From positions 32,001 through 96,000 of the forward strand of contig CAWAQU010000009.1 in NCBI GenBank assembly GCA_963784355.1: a stretch of 64,000 nucleotides of DNA, read 5' to 3'. The position numbers and the translations under genes are program-made. Shown here piece after piece: positions 48,604-56,328 of the stretch. The DNA comes from an uncultured bacterium (GTDB lineage Bacteria; Patescibacteriota; JACMRA01). The notes beneath the pieces are model-generated. The model was given only the letters and a program-made list of their open reading frames with translations, was not told the DNA's origin and made no database searches. The stretch's first letter is position 1, and each line of letters starts with the position of its first letter.

Positions 48604-49137
48604 ATGGCTGTTTCCCATGCAAAAAAAGTGGAAATCTTAGATCTACTGCAAAATTCAGCAGCAACCCAAAAAGCTGTACTTTTACTTACAACAAAAGGTG
48701 CTGAAGAGAGCTTAGGATCTGAGAAAAACACTAAAATTAGAAAAGAGGCTAGAAAGCAAGGGGTAGTTATTAAGGTAATTAAAAATACTTTAATCTCTAA
48801 AACCTTCACTGGTGTTCCCGAACTTACTGGTCAAACCTATGTAGCATTTCTTGATCAAGGAGAGCAAGGAGATGAAGTAAGAGTTCCTAAAACTATATCT
48901 GGTTTAGTTTCAAAGGATTTCAAAGAAAATTTTTTGATTCTTGGCTCTGTTGTAAACGGTGAATTTTTTGACTCAGTCAAAACACAACTGTTGGCAACTA
49001 CCCCAAGCCTAGATCAGTCTATAAGCATGATAGCGGGCTCGATTAATCAAATTGCTACTAAATTAGCTTTGGTTATTAAAGAAATACCATCAGGAGTTGC
49101 TAGGGGGGTATCAGAGGTACAGAAAATTAAGTCTTGA
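48604..49137 (+). CDS. rplJ: 50S ribosomal protein uL10
   Basis: IRKEAR, VIKNTL, LTGQT; upstream of rplL. Confidence 0.9.
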   Translation: MAVSHAKKVEILDLLQNSAATQKAVLLLTTKGAEESLGSEKNTKIRKEARKQGVVIKVIKNTLISKTFTGVPELTGQTYVAFLDQGEQGDEVRVPKTISGLVSKDFKENFLILGSVVNGEFFDSVKTQLLATTPSLDQSISMIAGSINQIATKLALVIKEIPSGVARGVSEVQKIKS

Positions 49138-49232
49138 CAAAAAACTATCTTTTGGATTATATCTAGAGATTAGTTGTAGTCCTATATTTATTATACATAC
49201 ATAAGCGCTAAATACTATCATCATTAATTTAT

Positions 49233-49613
49233 ATGTCTAAAGTTCAAACTATTGTAGATGAGTTAAAAACTCTAAGTCTTTTGGAAGCTGCCGAATTGGT
49301 TAAAGCTATTGAAGAAACATTTGGTGTAAGTGCTGCTGCTCCTGTAGCTGTAGCTGCTCCTGTAGCTGGCGGTGCTGCCGCTCCTGCAGAAGAAGAAAAA
49401 ACATCTTTTAATGTAAAAGTTTCAGATGTTCCTGCTGATAAAAAAATCGCAGTAATCAAAGTGGTTAAAAACATTTTAAACATCGGTTTGGCTGAAGCTA
49501 AAACTAAAGTCGAATCAGCCCCATTTGTATTAATTGAAGGCGCATCTAAGGATGATGCTAACAAATACAAGGAAGAGCTTGTAGGTGCTGGTGCTGGTGT
49601 TTCATTAGAATAA
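49233..49613 (+). CDS. rplL: 50S ribosomal protein bL12
   Basis: EETFGVSAAAPVA hinge, EEKTSF, KIAVIKVV, GLAEAK. Confidence 0.97.
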   Translation: MSKVQTIVDELKTLSLLEAAELVKAIEETFGVSAAAPVAVAAPVAGGAAAPAEEEKTSFNVKVSDVPADKKIAVIKVVKNILNIGLAEAKTKVESAPFVLIEGASKDDANKYKEELVGAGAGVSLE

Positions 49614-49633
49614 TTTCAACTAAATTTTAGGTC

Positions 49634-50398
49634 ATGAATAAGCAATTAAGTCTAATGAGTCTTTTTGAAGTAGGAGCTCATAGGGGAAATAAAAAATCTA
49701 AGTTAAATCCAAGATTAAAATCAAAAGTCTACGGCTTTGACAAAAGCTTGTGTTTAATTGATTTGGTAGAGGCAAAAGCCTCAATGGAAAGAGCTGCTGA
49801 ATTAATTTACAAATTAGGCCAAAAAAGAAAGCAAATTTTAATTGTTGGTACTTCTAGACACATCAAGGACTACGTTGTTGAATTTGCATCAACTTTTCAA
49901 AATGGTGCAATGCCTTACGTAGATAATCGATGGTTAGGTGGTACTTTGACTAACTGGTCAACAGTTAAAAAGACCTTAAAAACTTTGGAGAAGTTAGACA
50001 ACATTGAGTCTAACAAAGAATTCTTTCAAAAGCTTGCTCGTAATGAACAGTTAAATATTACAAGAAAAAAAGCTAAAATAAGTAAATTGTTCAAGGGTTT
50101 AGTTAATTTAAAAAATAATAAACCTGGTGCTATTCTAGTTTTGGATGCTAATCAGAACGATATGGCAATTAAAGAAGCTGATAATATGAATATTCCTGTT
50201 ATCACTTTAACCAACACTAATACTCTTGCTTTACCTAAAAACTTGAACTATACTATTGTTACGAACATCAACTCAATCAATGCTATAAAGCTCATTACTG
50301 AACATTTAGGTGCATCTTACAATTTAGGATTAGAAGCCGGTGTTCCACAAGCTATAGAGCAAAAAAATCAAGAAGTAAAACCTAAAGTAGTAGCTTAA
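49634..50398 (+). CDS. rpsB: 30S ribosomal protein uS2
   Basis: GAHRG, IVGT, RWLGGTLTNW, AIKEA. Confidence 0.96.
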   Translation: MNKQLSLMSLFEVGAHRGNKKSKLNPRLKSKVYGFDKSLCLIDLVEAKASMERAAELIYKLGQKRKQILIVGTSRHIKDYVVEFASTFQNGAMPYVDNRWLGGTLTNWSTVKKTLKTLEKLDNIESNKEFFQKLARNEQLNITRKKAKISKLFKGLVNLKNNKPGAILVLDANQNDMAIKEADNMNIPVITLTNTNTLALPKNLNYTIVTNINSINAIKLITEHLGASYNLGLEAGVPQAIEQKNQEVKPKVVA

Positions 50399-50400
50399 TT

Positions 50401-50598
50401 ATGGCTTGGCAAAAAACTAAAATATTATTGATTTCTGTAGAAACTGATGAAAGTACAGGAAAGAAAGTTATTCACAGATACGTTGTAAACAAATCTAAGG
50501 GTAAGGGTAAAAACCAGCAAAGTGCAAAACTAGCTATCAAAAAATATAACCCGATACTTAGAAAACACGTTGTTTACACCGAAAGCAAGTATAAATAA
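50401..50598 (+). CDS. rpmG: 50S ribosomal protein bL33 (Cys-free)
   Basis: KLAIKKYNPILRKHVVYTESK. Confidence 0.9.
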   Translation: MAWQKTKILLISVETDESTGKKVIHRYVVNKSKGKGKNQQSAKLAIKKYNPILRKHVVYTESKYK

Positions 50599-50620
50599 AT
50601 AATCTAAAATTGATGTAACC

Positions 50621-50839
50621 ATGTCTATTAAAAAAATGAGAGCAAAGAGCCATAAAGGAGCCTCTAAGAGAATTAAAGTTACCAATGGAGGTGACATGGA
50701 CAGTGGTAAATTAATCACTAATAGAATAAATAAAGGTCACAGAAATATCAAAAAACAGCGTGAAAGATCTTTAAAAGCTAAGAGAAGTACTACTTTATCA
50801 GCTATTCACAATAAATTAAAGTCTATCTTATCCATTTAA
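50621..50839 (+). CDS. rpmI: 50S ribosomal protein bL35
   Basis: KSHKGASKRIKVT; upstream of rplT. Confidence 0.9.
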   Translation: MSIKKMRAKSHKGASKRIKVTNGGDMDSGKLITNRINKGHRNIKKQRERSLKAKRSTTLSAIHNKLKSILSI

Positions 50840-50857
50840 GAGTAAATTCTAAATAAA

Positions 50858-51211
50858 ATGTCTAGAGTAAAAAAAGGATTATCCGCAAGAAAACATAGAA
50901 AATATTTACTATCCCGTGCTAAGGGTTATTTAAATGGTGCTAGTACAAAATTTAGACAAGCTAAAGAAAGACTTTTAAAAGCTGAATCTAATTCTTATAA
51001 AAGTAGAAGGCTGAGAAAAAGAGATTTCAGAAGTTTATGGATTACTCGTATTAATGGTGCCTTAGACCAAATCAATAGTGATTTAAACTACAGCAAATTC
51101 ATTAATCTTTTGAATAAATCCGAAATCAATTTAAACCGTAAATCTATCTCTGAAATGGCGATAGTAGATATCAATTCTTTCAGTGAATTAGTTAGCACAT
51201 TGCAAAAATAA
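50858..51211 (+). CDS. rplT: 50S ribosomal protein bL20
   Basis: MSRVK, AKGY, RKRDFRSLWITRIN, LNRK. Confidence 0.97.
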   Translation: MSRVKKGLSARKHRKYLLSRAKGYLNGASTKFRQAKERLLKAESNSYKSRRLRKRDFRSLWITRINGALDQINSDLNYSKFINLLNKSEINLNRKSISEMAIVDINSFSELVSTLQK

Positions 51212-51237
51212 GAGTTTATATTTGTATATTTTATATT

Positions 51238-51261
51238 TCCCCATTTTTTGGGGATTTTTTT
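51238..51261 (+). terminator. Intrinsic terminator after rplT
   Basis: TCCCCA-TTTTT-TGGGGA followed by a T7 run. Confidence 0.75.
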
Positions 51262-51351
51262 ATGGCAAACGTTAATTTCTCAAAATTACATAAAACCACT
51301 GTTTTTAATCTTTTTTGACTGTATCAAAATATTGTAGTTTAGTATACAAAT

Positions 51352-52119
51352 ATGACAACAAAAATAAAGCCAGATTATAAAGAATACACAGATCCAAAGA
51401 TGGCTTCAATGTATGACTTTCATAATCAGCACTATCCTTTGGAAAAACAATTCTATTTTGAGTTTGCCAGTGAAATTAAAGCTAAAAAAATTATAGATTT
51501 GGGTTGTGGAACTGGATTACTTACAATTCCTTTGTCTGAATTTGGATATGAAATGATAGGGGTAGAACCTGCTAAATCAATGCTAGATATCGCTAAACAA
51601 AATCCGAACTCAAATAAGGTAAAATGGATAAATGGTGACGCACTTGATCTATCGGAAGAAAATGTGGACTTAACAATTATGACTGCTCATGTTGCACAAT
51701 TTCTATTAGATGATGAATATTTCTTTGATTGCTTAAAATCTATTAATAAATCTTTAAAAAATGGTGGATATTTAGTTTTTGATAGTAGAAATACTTTTAA
51801 ATCGGTTGATGAACTAGGTTGGCCAACAAAAAATAACCCTAAGGAAAGTTATGATCCTATAAATGGAAAAATGCAGTGGTGGGTAAATATTTTACAGGTA
51901 AACGGCAATAGAGTCATCTATGAGATTCATACAATGATTATTGAGACCCAAAAGTTGTTAATATCTATAAATGAATTAATTTTTAGAACCAAAGAAGAAA
52001 TAACTAACTTTCTTTTACAATCAAATTTTGTAGTAGAAAAAGTTTATGGAGATTGGGATAAGCAAGATGTGAAAGAAAGTTCTCCTGAATTCATTTTTAT
52101 AGCCAAAAAGTCTGTTTAA
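51352..52119 (+). CDS. Class I SAM-dependent methyltransferase
   Basis: IDLGCGTG, GVEPA.SML, LKNGGYLVFD. Confidence 0.92.
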   Translation: MTTKIKPDYKEYTDPKMASMYDFHNQHYPLEKQFYFEFASEIKAKKIIDLGCGTGLLTIPLSEFGYEMIGVEPAKSMLDIAKQNPNSNKVKWINGDALDLSEENVDLTIMTAHVAQFLLDDEYFFDCLKSINKSLKNGGYLVFDSRNTFKSVDELGWPTKNNPKESYDPINGKMQWWVNILQVNGNRVIYEIHTMIIETQKLLISINELIFRTKEEITNFLLQSNFVVEKVYGDWDKQDVKESSPEFIFIAKKSV

Positions 52120-52211
52120 ATAGACAGTAATGGTGCTGTACCAGAAATTGAAGGTATTTGATACTCCACCTCTACATTTATCCCACTCAGTACTTGAAAC
52201 CTAAATGTAAT

Positions 52212-54140
52212 CTACTTCACTACAGTTTCATCGTAGGACTCTAAAATGTCTCCTACCTGTACTTTACCTTTACCTGTCACAGAAACTCCAAATTGCTGGC
52301 TTATATTTACTTCACTGGACTTAGATTTATTACGTTGAAGTTCTTGGATTTCTAGTTTACCTATCTCTTCATCGTTTCTAATCAATTTTAGATTCTTATT
52401 TGAAAAGATCTTACCTTCTTTCACCTCGGCTCCAAGTACTTGAATAGTCGGTTTTTCACTCTTGAAAATAGCCAGCACTTCAGCCCTACCCAAAACTTGT
52501 GTTTTGATTTCATGTTTAACATTTTTCAAGATAGTCTCTTCTACCCATTCTAATAATTCATAGATTACATCGCTTTGAACTAACCCGATCCCGGTGGTTT
52601 TTAAAGAATATGTAGCCTTAGGACTTATTTTGGTATGAAAAGCAAGAATTGTAGAATTGGTTGTCTTAGCAAACTCAACATCATTTTCATTTATTTCTCC
52701 AACAGACTCAGCTTTTATATTAATCTTGACTTTTTCCTGAGGAATTTTGATAATACTCTCTTTTAAAGCCTCTAAAGATCCTAATACGTCTGCTTTTAGC
52801 ATCAAATTGATCTCTGCATCATCTCCGGAAGTAGAGCCCCCTAAAATGAGTGTTTTCTTATTCAGCTTTTTAGCTTTTTCAATACTTGCTGATACTTGAG
52901 CTTCTTTTTGACTAGGATATACTAATACAGCTTCACCTATATCACAGACCTCTGGTAATCCGACTAACATTACAGGCTCACTGATTTCAGCTACTTGTAT
53001 ATTTTTACCTTCGCTATTCTCCATTTTTCTAACCTTGCCTACATACTCAGAACATCTTATATAATCACCTACTTTAATTGTATCTTTGGTAACAAGAATT
53101 GAGGCTACTACTCCTAGCTGCCTGTCTAAGTGACTTTCGATTATGATACCTTGACCTTTACAATTTATCTGGCCCTTTAAATCAGCTACTTCAGCATGCA
53201 ATAAAATGGTATCAAGTAATTTGTCGATATTAAGGTTATTTCTAGCTGAAATAGGTATAAATGGGGTATCTCCACCCCAATCTTCCGGAACTAATCCAAA
53301 ACCTGCAATATCTTGTTTTACCCTTTCGATATCACTTTCAGGTAAATCTATTTTATTTATAGCCACAATTACTGAGCTTTTGCTAAGCTTTGCTCTTTCA
53401 ATTACTTCTACTGTTTGAGGTTTTGGTCCTTCTACTGCAGAAACTACCAAGATTATGAAATCGGCTAATTGACTACCTCTAGCTCTCATAGCTGTAAAAG
53501 CTGAATGCCCCGGGGTATCTACAAAAGTAATTTTTTCGTTTTTGTAAGTAATTTGGTAGCTGGAAATATGTTGAGTAATGGCTCCTGCTTCTGTGGCTAC
53601 TACATTTGTTTTCCTGATTGTATCTAGTAAAGTGGTCTTCCCATGATCTACATGTCCCATTATAGTAACTACTGGAGATCTGTGTACATAAGCCTTTTCA
53701 ATTCCTGGAGTATCATCATATTCAACATTTTTTATAAGTTGTAGATCCTGGCTGTTACCCCTATCAAACATTTCAGGGTTCTCCGGAAAAACTTCCACTT
53801 TTAATTCTTCTGCAATCAACGAAGCAGTATCATAATCAATCTTCTCGTTCAAAGTAGCCATTATACCATTCAATAGAAGGGTTTTAACTACACTACCTAC
53901 AGGTCTCCCTATTGCTTCTGCAAACTCATTTACTGTAAGACTGTTAGGTAAATAAATTTTATCGTCATTTTGCAGCTTTGATAGCTTATCAGGTTTTAAG
54001 ACTTTGGTGATTTCTACAGCTGAATTGTAAGGAATACGTGTATTTCGGCCTGAAAATCCATAAATTTCTTTCTTGGTACCAGTTTCTCTTAGTTCATTTA
54101 TACTAACTCCAAGAATTTTGGCTAAGGTGGATATATTCAT
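52212..54140 (-). CDS. infB: Translation initiation factor IF-2
   Basis: MGHVDHGKTTLLD, EAGAITQHI, DTPGH, NKID, KADVLGSLEA. Confidence 0.99.
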   Translation of the reverse strand: MNISTLAKILGVSINELRETGTKKEIYGFSGRNTRIPYNSAVEITKVLKPDKLSKLQNDDKIYLPNSLTVNEFAEAIGRPVGSVVKTLLLNGIMATLNEKIDYDTASLIAEELKVEVFPENPEMFDRGNSQDLQLIKNVEYDDTPGIEKAYVHRSPVVTIMGHVDHGKTTLLDTIRKTNVVATEAGAITQHISSYQITYKNEKITFVDTPGHSAFTAMRARGSQLADFIILVVSAVEGPKPQTVEVIERAKLSKSSVIVAINKIDLPESDIERVKQDIAGFGLVPEDWGGDTPFIPISARNNLNIDKLLDTILLHAEVADLKGQINCKGQGIIIESHLDRQLGVVASILVTKDTIKVGDYIRCSEYVGKVRKMENSEGKNIQVAEISEPVMLVGLPEVCDIGEAVLVYPSQKEAQVSASIEKAKKLNKKTLILGGSTSGDDAEINLMLKADVLGSLEALKESIIKIPQEKVKINIKAESVGEINENDVEFAKTTNSTILAFHTKISPKATYSLKTTGIGLVQSDVIYELLEWVEETILKNVKHEIKTQVLGRAEVLAIFKSEKPTIQVLGAEVKEGKIFSNKNLKLIRNDEEIGKLEIQELQRNKSKSSEVNISQQFGVSVTGKGKVQVGDILESYDETVVK

Positions 54141-54250
54141 ATATAATCAAATATACCCTGAAAATTAATAAAATGTCAATTTAATTGAGCTAAAACCTGA
54201 GGCTGTATATAACTTATTAGAGCTATCTCATTAGTTTAGTTCAAAATTCT

Positions 54251-54688
54251 TTATTGTTGAGTAGTGTCTTTTAAATATTCTGCTTGTACTTTACTAAGAA
54301 TAGCGTGGACTAATGCTACATTTTGACCTCCAATATGGTCCTCACTTAAGCGTATGTACTTTGTAATTATAGTGTCTAAAGCTGGTTGAGGGTCTGTGGA
54401 TGATAGTTCTTCAATTTCTAGTATATAGGTGTAGAGACAAGCTTTTACAACAGCAAAAGTTTTATCCCAGTCTTTTAAATAAGTTTTTAAAGTATCAGTA
54501 TATTCTGCCTTTTTATCAAAAAATCTTGCTATAACTAAAGTTAGCTTGTCTTTATCAGGTTTTTCTTCATCCTTCAAATTTTCTAGAATTACATCTAAGT
54601 TAAATTCTTCTGATCCTGTAGTTTCGTTCCAAAAAAGTACTTGGTATAAAGCAGCAAAAACTGAATATCTAAAACTTTTTTCCCACAC
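54251..54688 (-). CDS. nusB: NusB-like antitermination factor (divergent)
   Basis: ALYQ, LKDW, YIRLSE, LVHAILSKV resemble the NusB fold; GTG start. Confidence 0.65.
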   Translation of the reverse strand: MWEKSFRYSVFAALYQVLFWNETTGSEEFNLDVILENLKDEEKPDKDKLTLVIARFFDKKAEYTDTLKTYLKDWDKTFAVVKACLYTYILEIEELSSTDPQPALDTIITKYIRLSEDHIGGQNVALVHAILSKVQAEYLKDTTQQ

Positions 54689-54692
54689 AAGA

Positions 54693-54878
54693 CTAAATTA
54701 GTTTAGCTAAAACCTTTTTTCCTTTATAGAAGCCACATACACCACATACTCTGTGGGCCATGACTCTGTTGTTGCAGTTGGAGCAAATAGCAGGTTGAAC
54801 TAGAGAAAACTTACCATGTTTATGGTTTCTTCTTTCACCTTGTCTTCTTTTTGTAATGCGTCTTTTTGGTACAGCCAT
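54693..54878 (-). CDS. rpmF: 50S ribosomal protein bL32
   Basis: MAVPKRR, CSNC...HRVCGVCGFYKGK. Confidence 0.97.
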   Translation of the reverse strand: MAVPKRRITKRRQGERRNHKHGKFSLVQPAICSNCNNRVMAHRVCGVCGFYKGKKVLAKLI

Positions 54879-54879
54879 A

Positions 54880-55437
54880 TTATTTTAATTTGATTACTGA
54901 TGTATATGATAAGAGATCGTGAATAGTTTGATTTTTTTCTGTTAGAAGCGCTGTCATTGAATCAATTATTAAGATTAGCATGAGAATTAAGTTTATGTAA
55001 TTCAGATCTATTAGGTTAATAGTAGAGTTGATTTGTAAGCTAGCTATAGTTAAAATCAAAACTGATTCTCTGGCAAATGATTGTAAAAAATTGATTTGTT
55101 TTCCTTTTTGATTTATTACCTTGAGCTTCAAAAATATTTTTCCTATAGTACCATGTAGTTTTGTAATTGGTAATATAGAAAAATAAATGAAAAGTAGGCT
55201 TATGGATATTGTTAAATTAATTTTTGTATCAGGGCCTATAAAATTTGTTATTATATAATATAAACAAAAGTATATTCCCAAATCAATCATTTTTGCAAAA
55301 AGTCTTTTTTCTACTACATCTAAACTATTTTTGTTATTTTCCGGAGTAGGACTAGCTAAAATTACCTTTGGTTCAGAATTGATAATTTTGGCTAATTCGT
55401 CTTCATCTATGGGCTTTTTCAAGACCTCCTCCGCCAT
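54880..55437 (-). CDS. RDD family membrane protein
   Basis: KRLFAKMID, TIGK, QTIHD. Confidence 0.88.
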   Translation of the reverse strand: MAEEVLKKPIDEDELAKIINSEPKVILASPTPENNKNSLDVVEKRLFAKMIDLGIYFCLYYIITNFIGPDTKINLTISISLLFIYFSILPITKLHGTIGKIFLKLKVINQKGKQINFLQSFARESVLILTIASLQINSTINLIDLNYINLILMLILIIDSMTALLTEKNQTIHDLLSYTSVIKLK

Positions 55438-55447
55438 AATATTAAAT

Positions 55448-55735
55448 TTAGTTAGATTCTTCTGCGACGACTTCTAAAAATGTTCTAGTTTGTAAATTTG
55501 AATTGAAAGCAACAACCTTTTTCTTTATAAATCTGACAGTTCCGTCAATTAAAGAAATAAGAGTGTCGTCACTTGTCCTTTTTACATTTTTGCCTGCATG
55601 AAATTTTGTACCTCTCTGCCTTATTAAAATGTTTCCGGCTTGAACTTTCTCACTTCCAAACTTTTTTACACCCAATCTTTTTGATACTGAATCACGATTA
55701 TTTTTTACCGAGCCTCCTGCTTTTTTATGTGCCAT
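55448..55735 (-). CDS. rpmA: 50S ribosomal protein bL27
   Basis: [25 protein letters not shown]. Confidence 0.98.
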   Translation of the reverse strand: MAHKKAGGSVKNNRDSVSKRLGVKKFGSEKVQAGNILIRQRGTKFHAGKNVKRTSDDTLISLIDGTVRFIKKKVVAFNSNLQTRTFLEVVAEESN

Positions 55736-55764
55736 AATATTTAATTAAAATGAATTATAAGATA

Positions 55765-56163
55765 TTAACGTTTACTCCACTGCTCTCTCTTTCTAGCTTT
55801 TCTAAGTCCAGGTCTCTTAGGTAAAACTTTCCTAATATCTGTGCTTAAATAGCCAAAAGATCTGAGTACAGGTCTAAAACCTTCATCTTGAACTAGTAAT
55901 GCTTTGGATATAGCTAATCTGGCAGCTTCCGCTTGGCCCATAATACCTCCTCCGATCACAAAAATATCAATTTTACCGGTTCTAATACCAATATTTCCAA
56001 GACTTGTTAAGATGATTTGCTTATACATCTCCTGAAAATAATCAGTGATATTTTTCTTGTTTACATTTATCTCTAAGTCATTTTGACCAGGATAATATTT
56101 AGCTCTTGCTGTTGCAGCTTTTCGCCTTCCTACGCCATAGTAGTATTTGGTGACAGTACTCAT
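55765..56163 (-). CDS. rpsI: 30S ribosomal protein uS9
   Basis: GRRK, GGGIMGQAEA, PGLRKARKREQWSKR. Confidence 0.97.
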   Translation of the reverse strand: MSTVTKYYYGVGRRKAATARAKYYPGQNDLEINVNKKNITDYFQEMYKQIILTSLGNIGIRTGKIDIFVIGGGIMGQAEAARLAISKALLVQDEGFRPVLRSFGYLSTDIRKVLPKRPGLRKARKREQWSKR

Positions 56164-56328
56164 ATTAGTTAACAATGTTTGAATTTTAGACAGAAGAAGA
56201 TGCTTTTGTCAAGCGGGCTTCAGCTTTCGTATCAGTATTTTTATATTTCATTCCTGTATAATAATATTGGGAGAGTAGATTTTTGATTTTAATTTAAGAT
56301 TTTAAGAAAAACAAAATCCATTATCTAA

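Noticed and set aside
49330-49390. GCTGCTCCTGTAGCT repeats in rplL
   Set aside because: They encode the normal Ala/Pro-rich bL12 hinge
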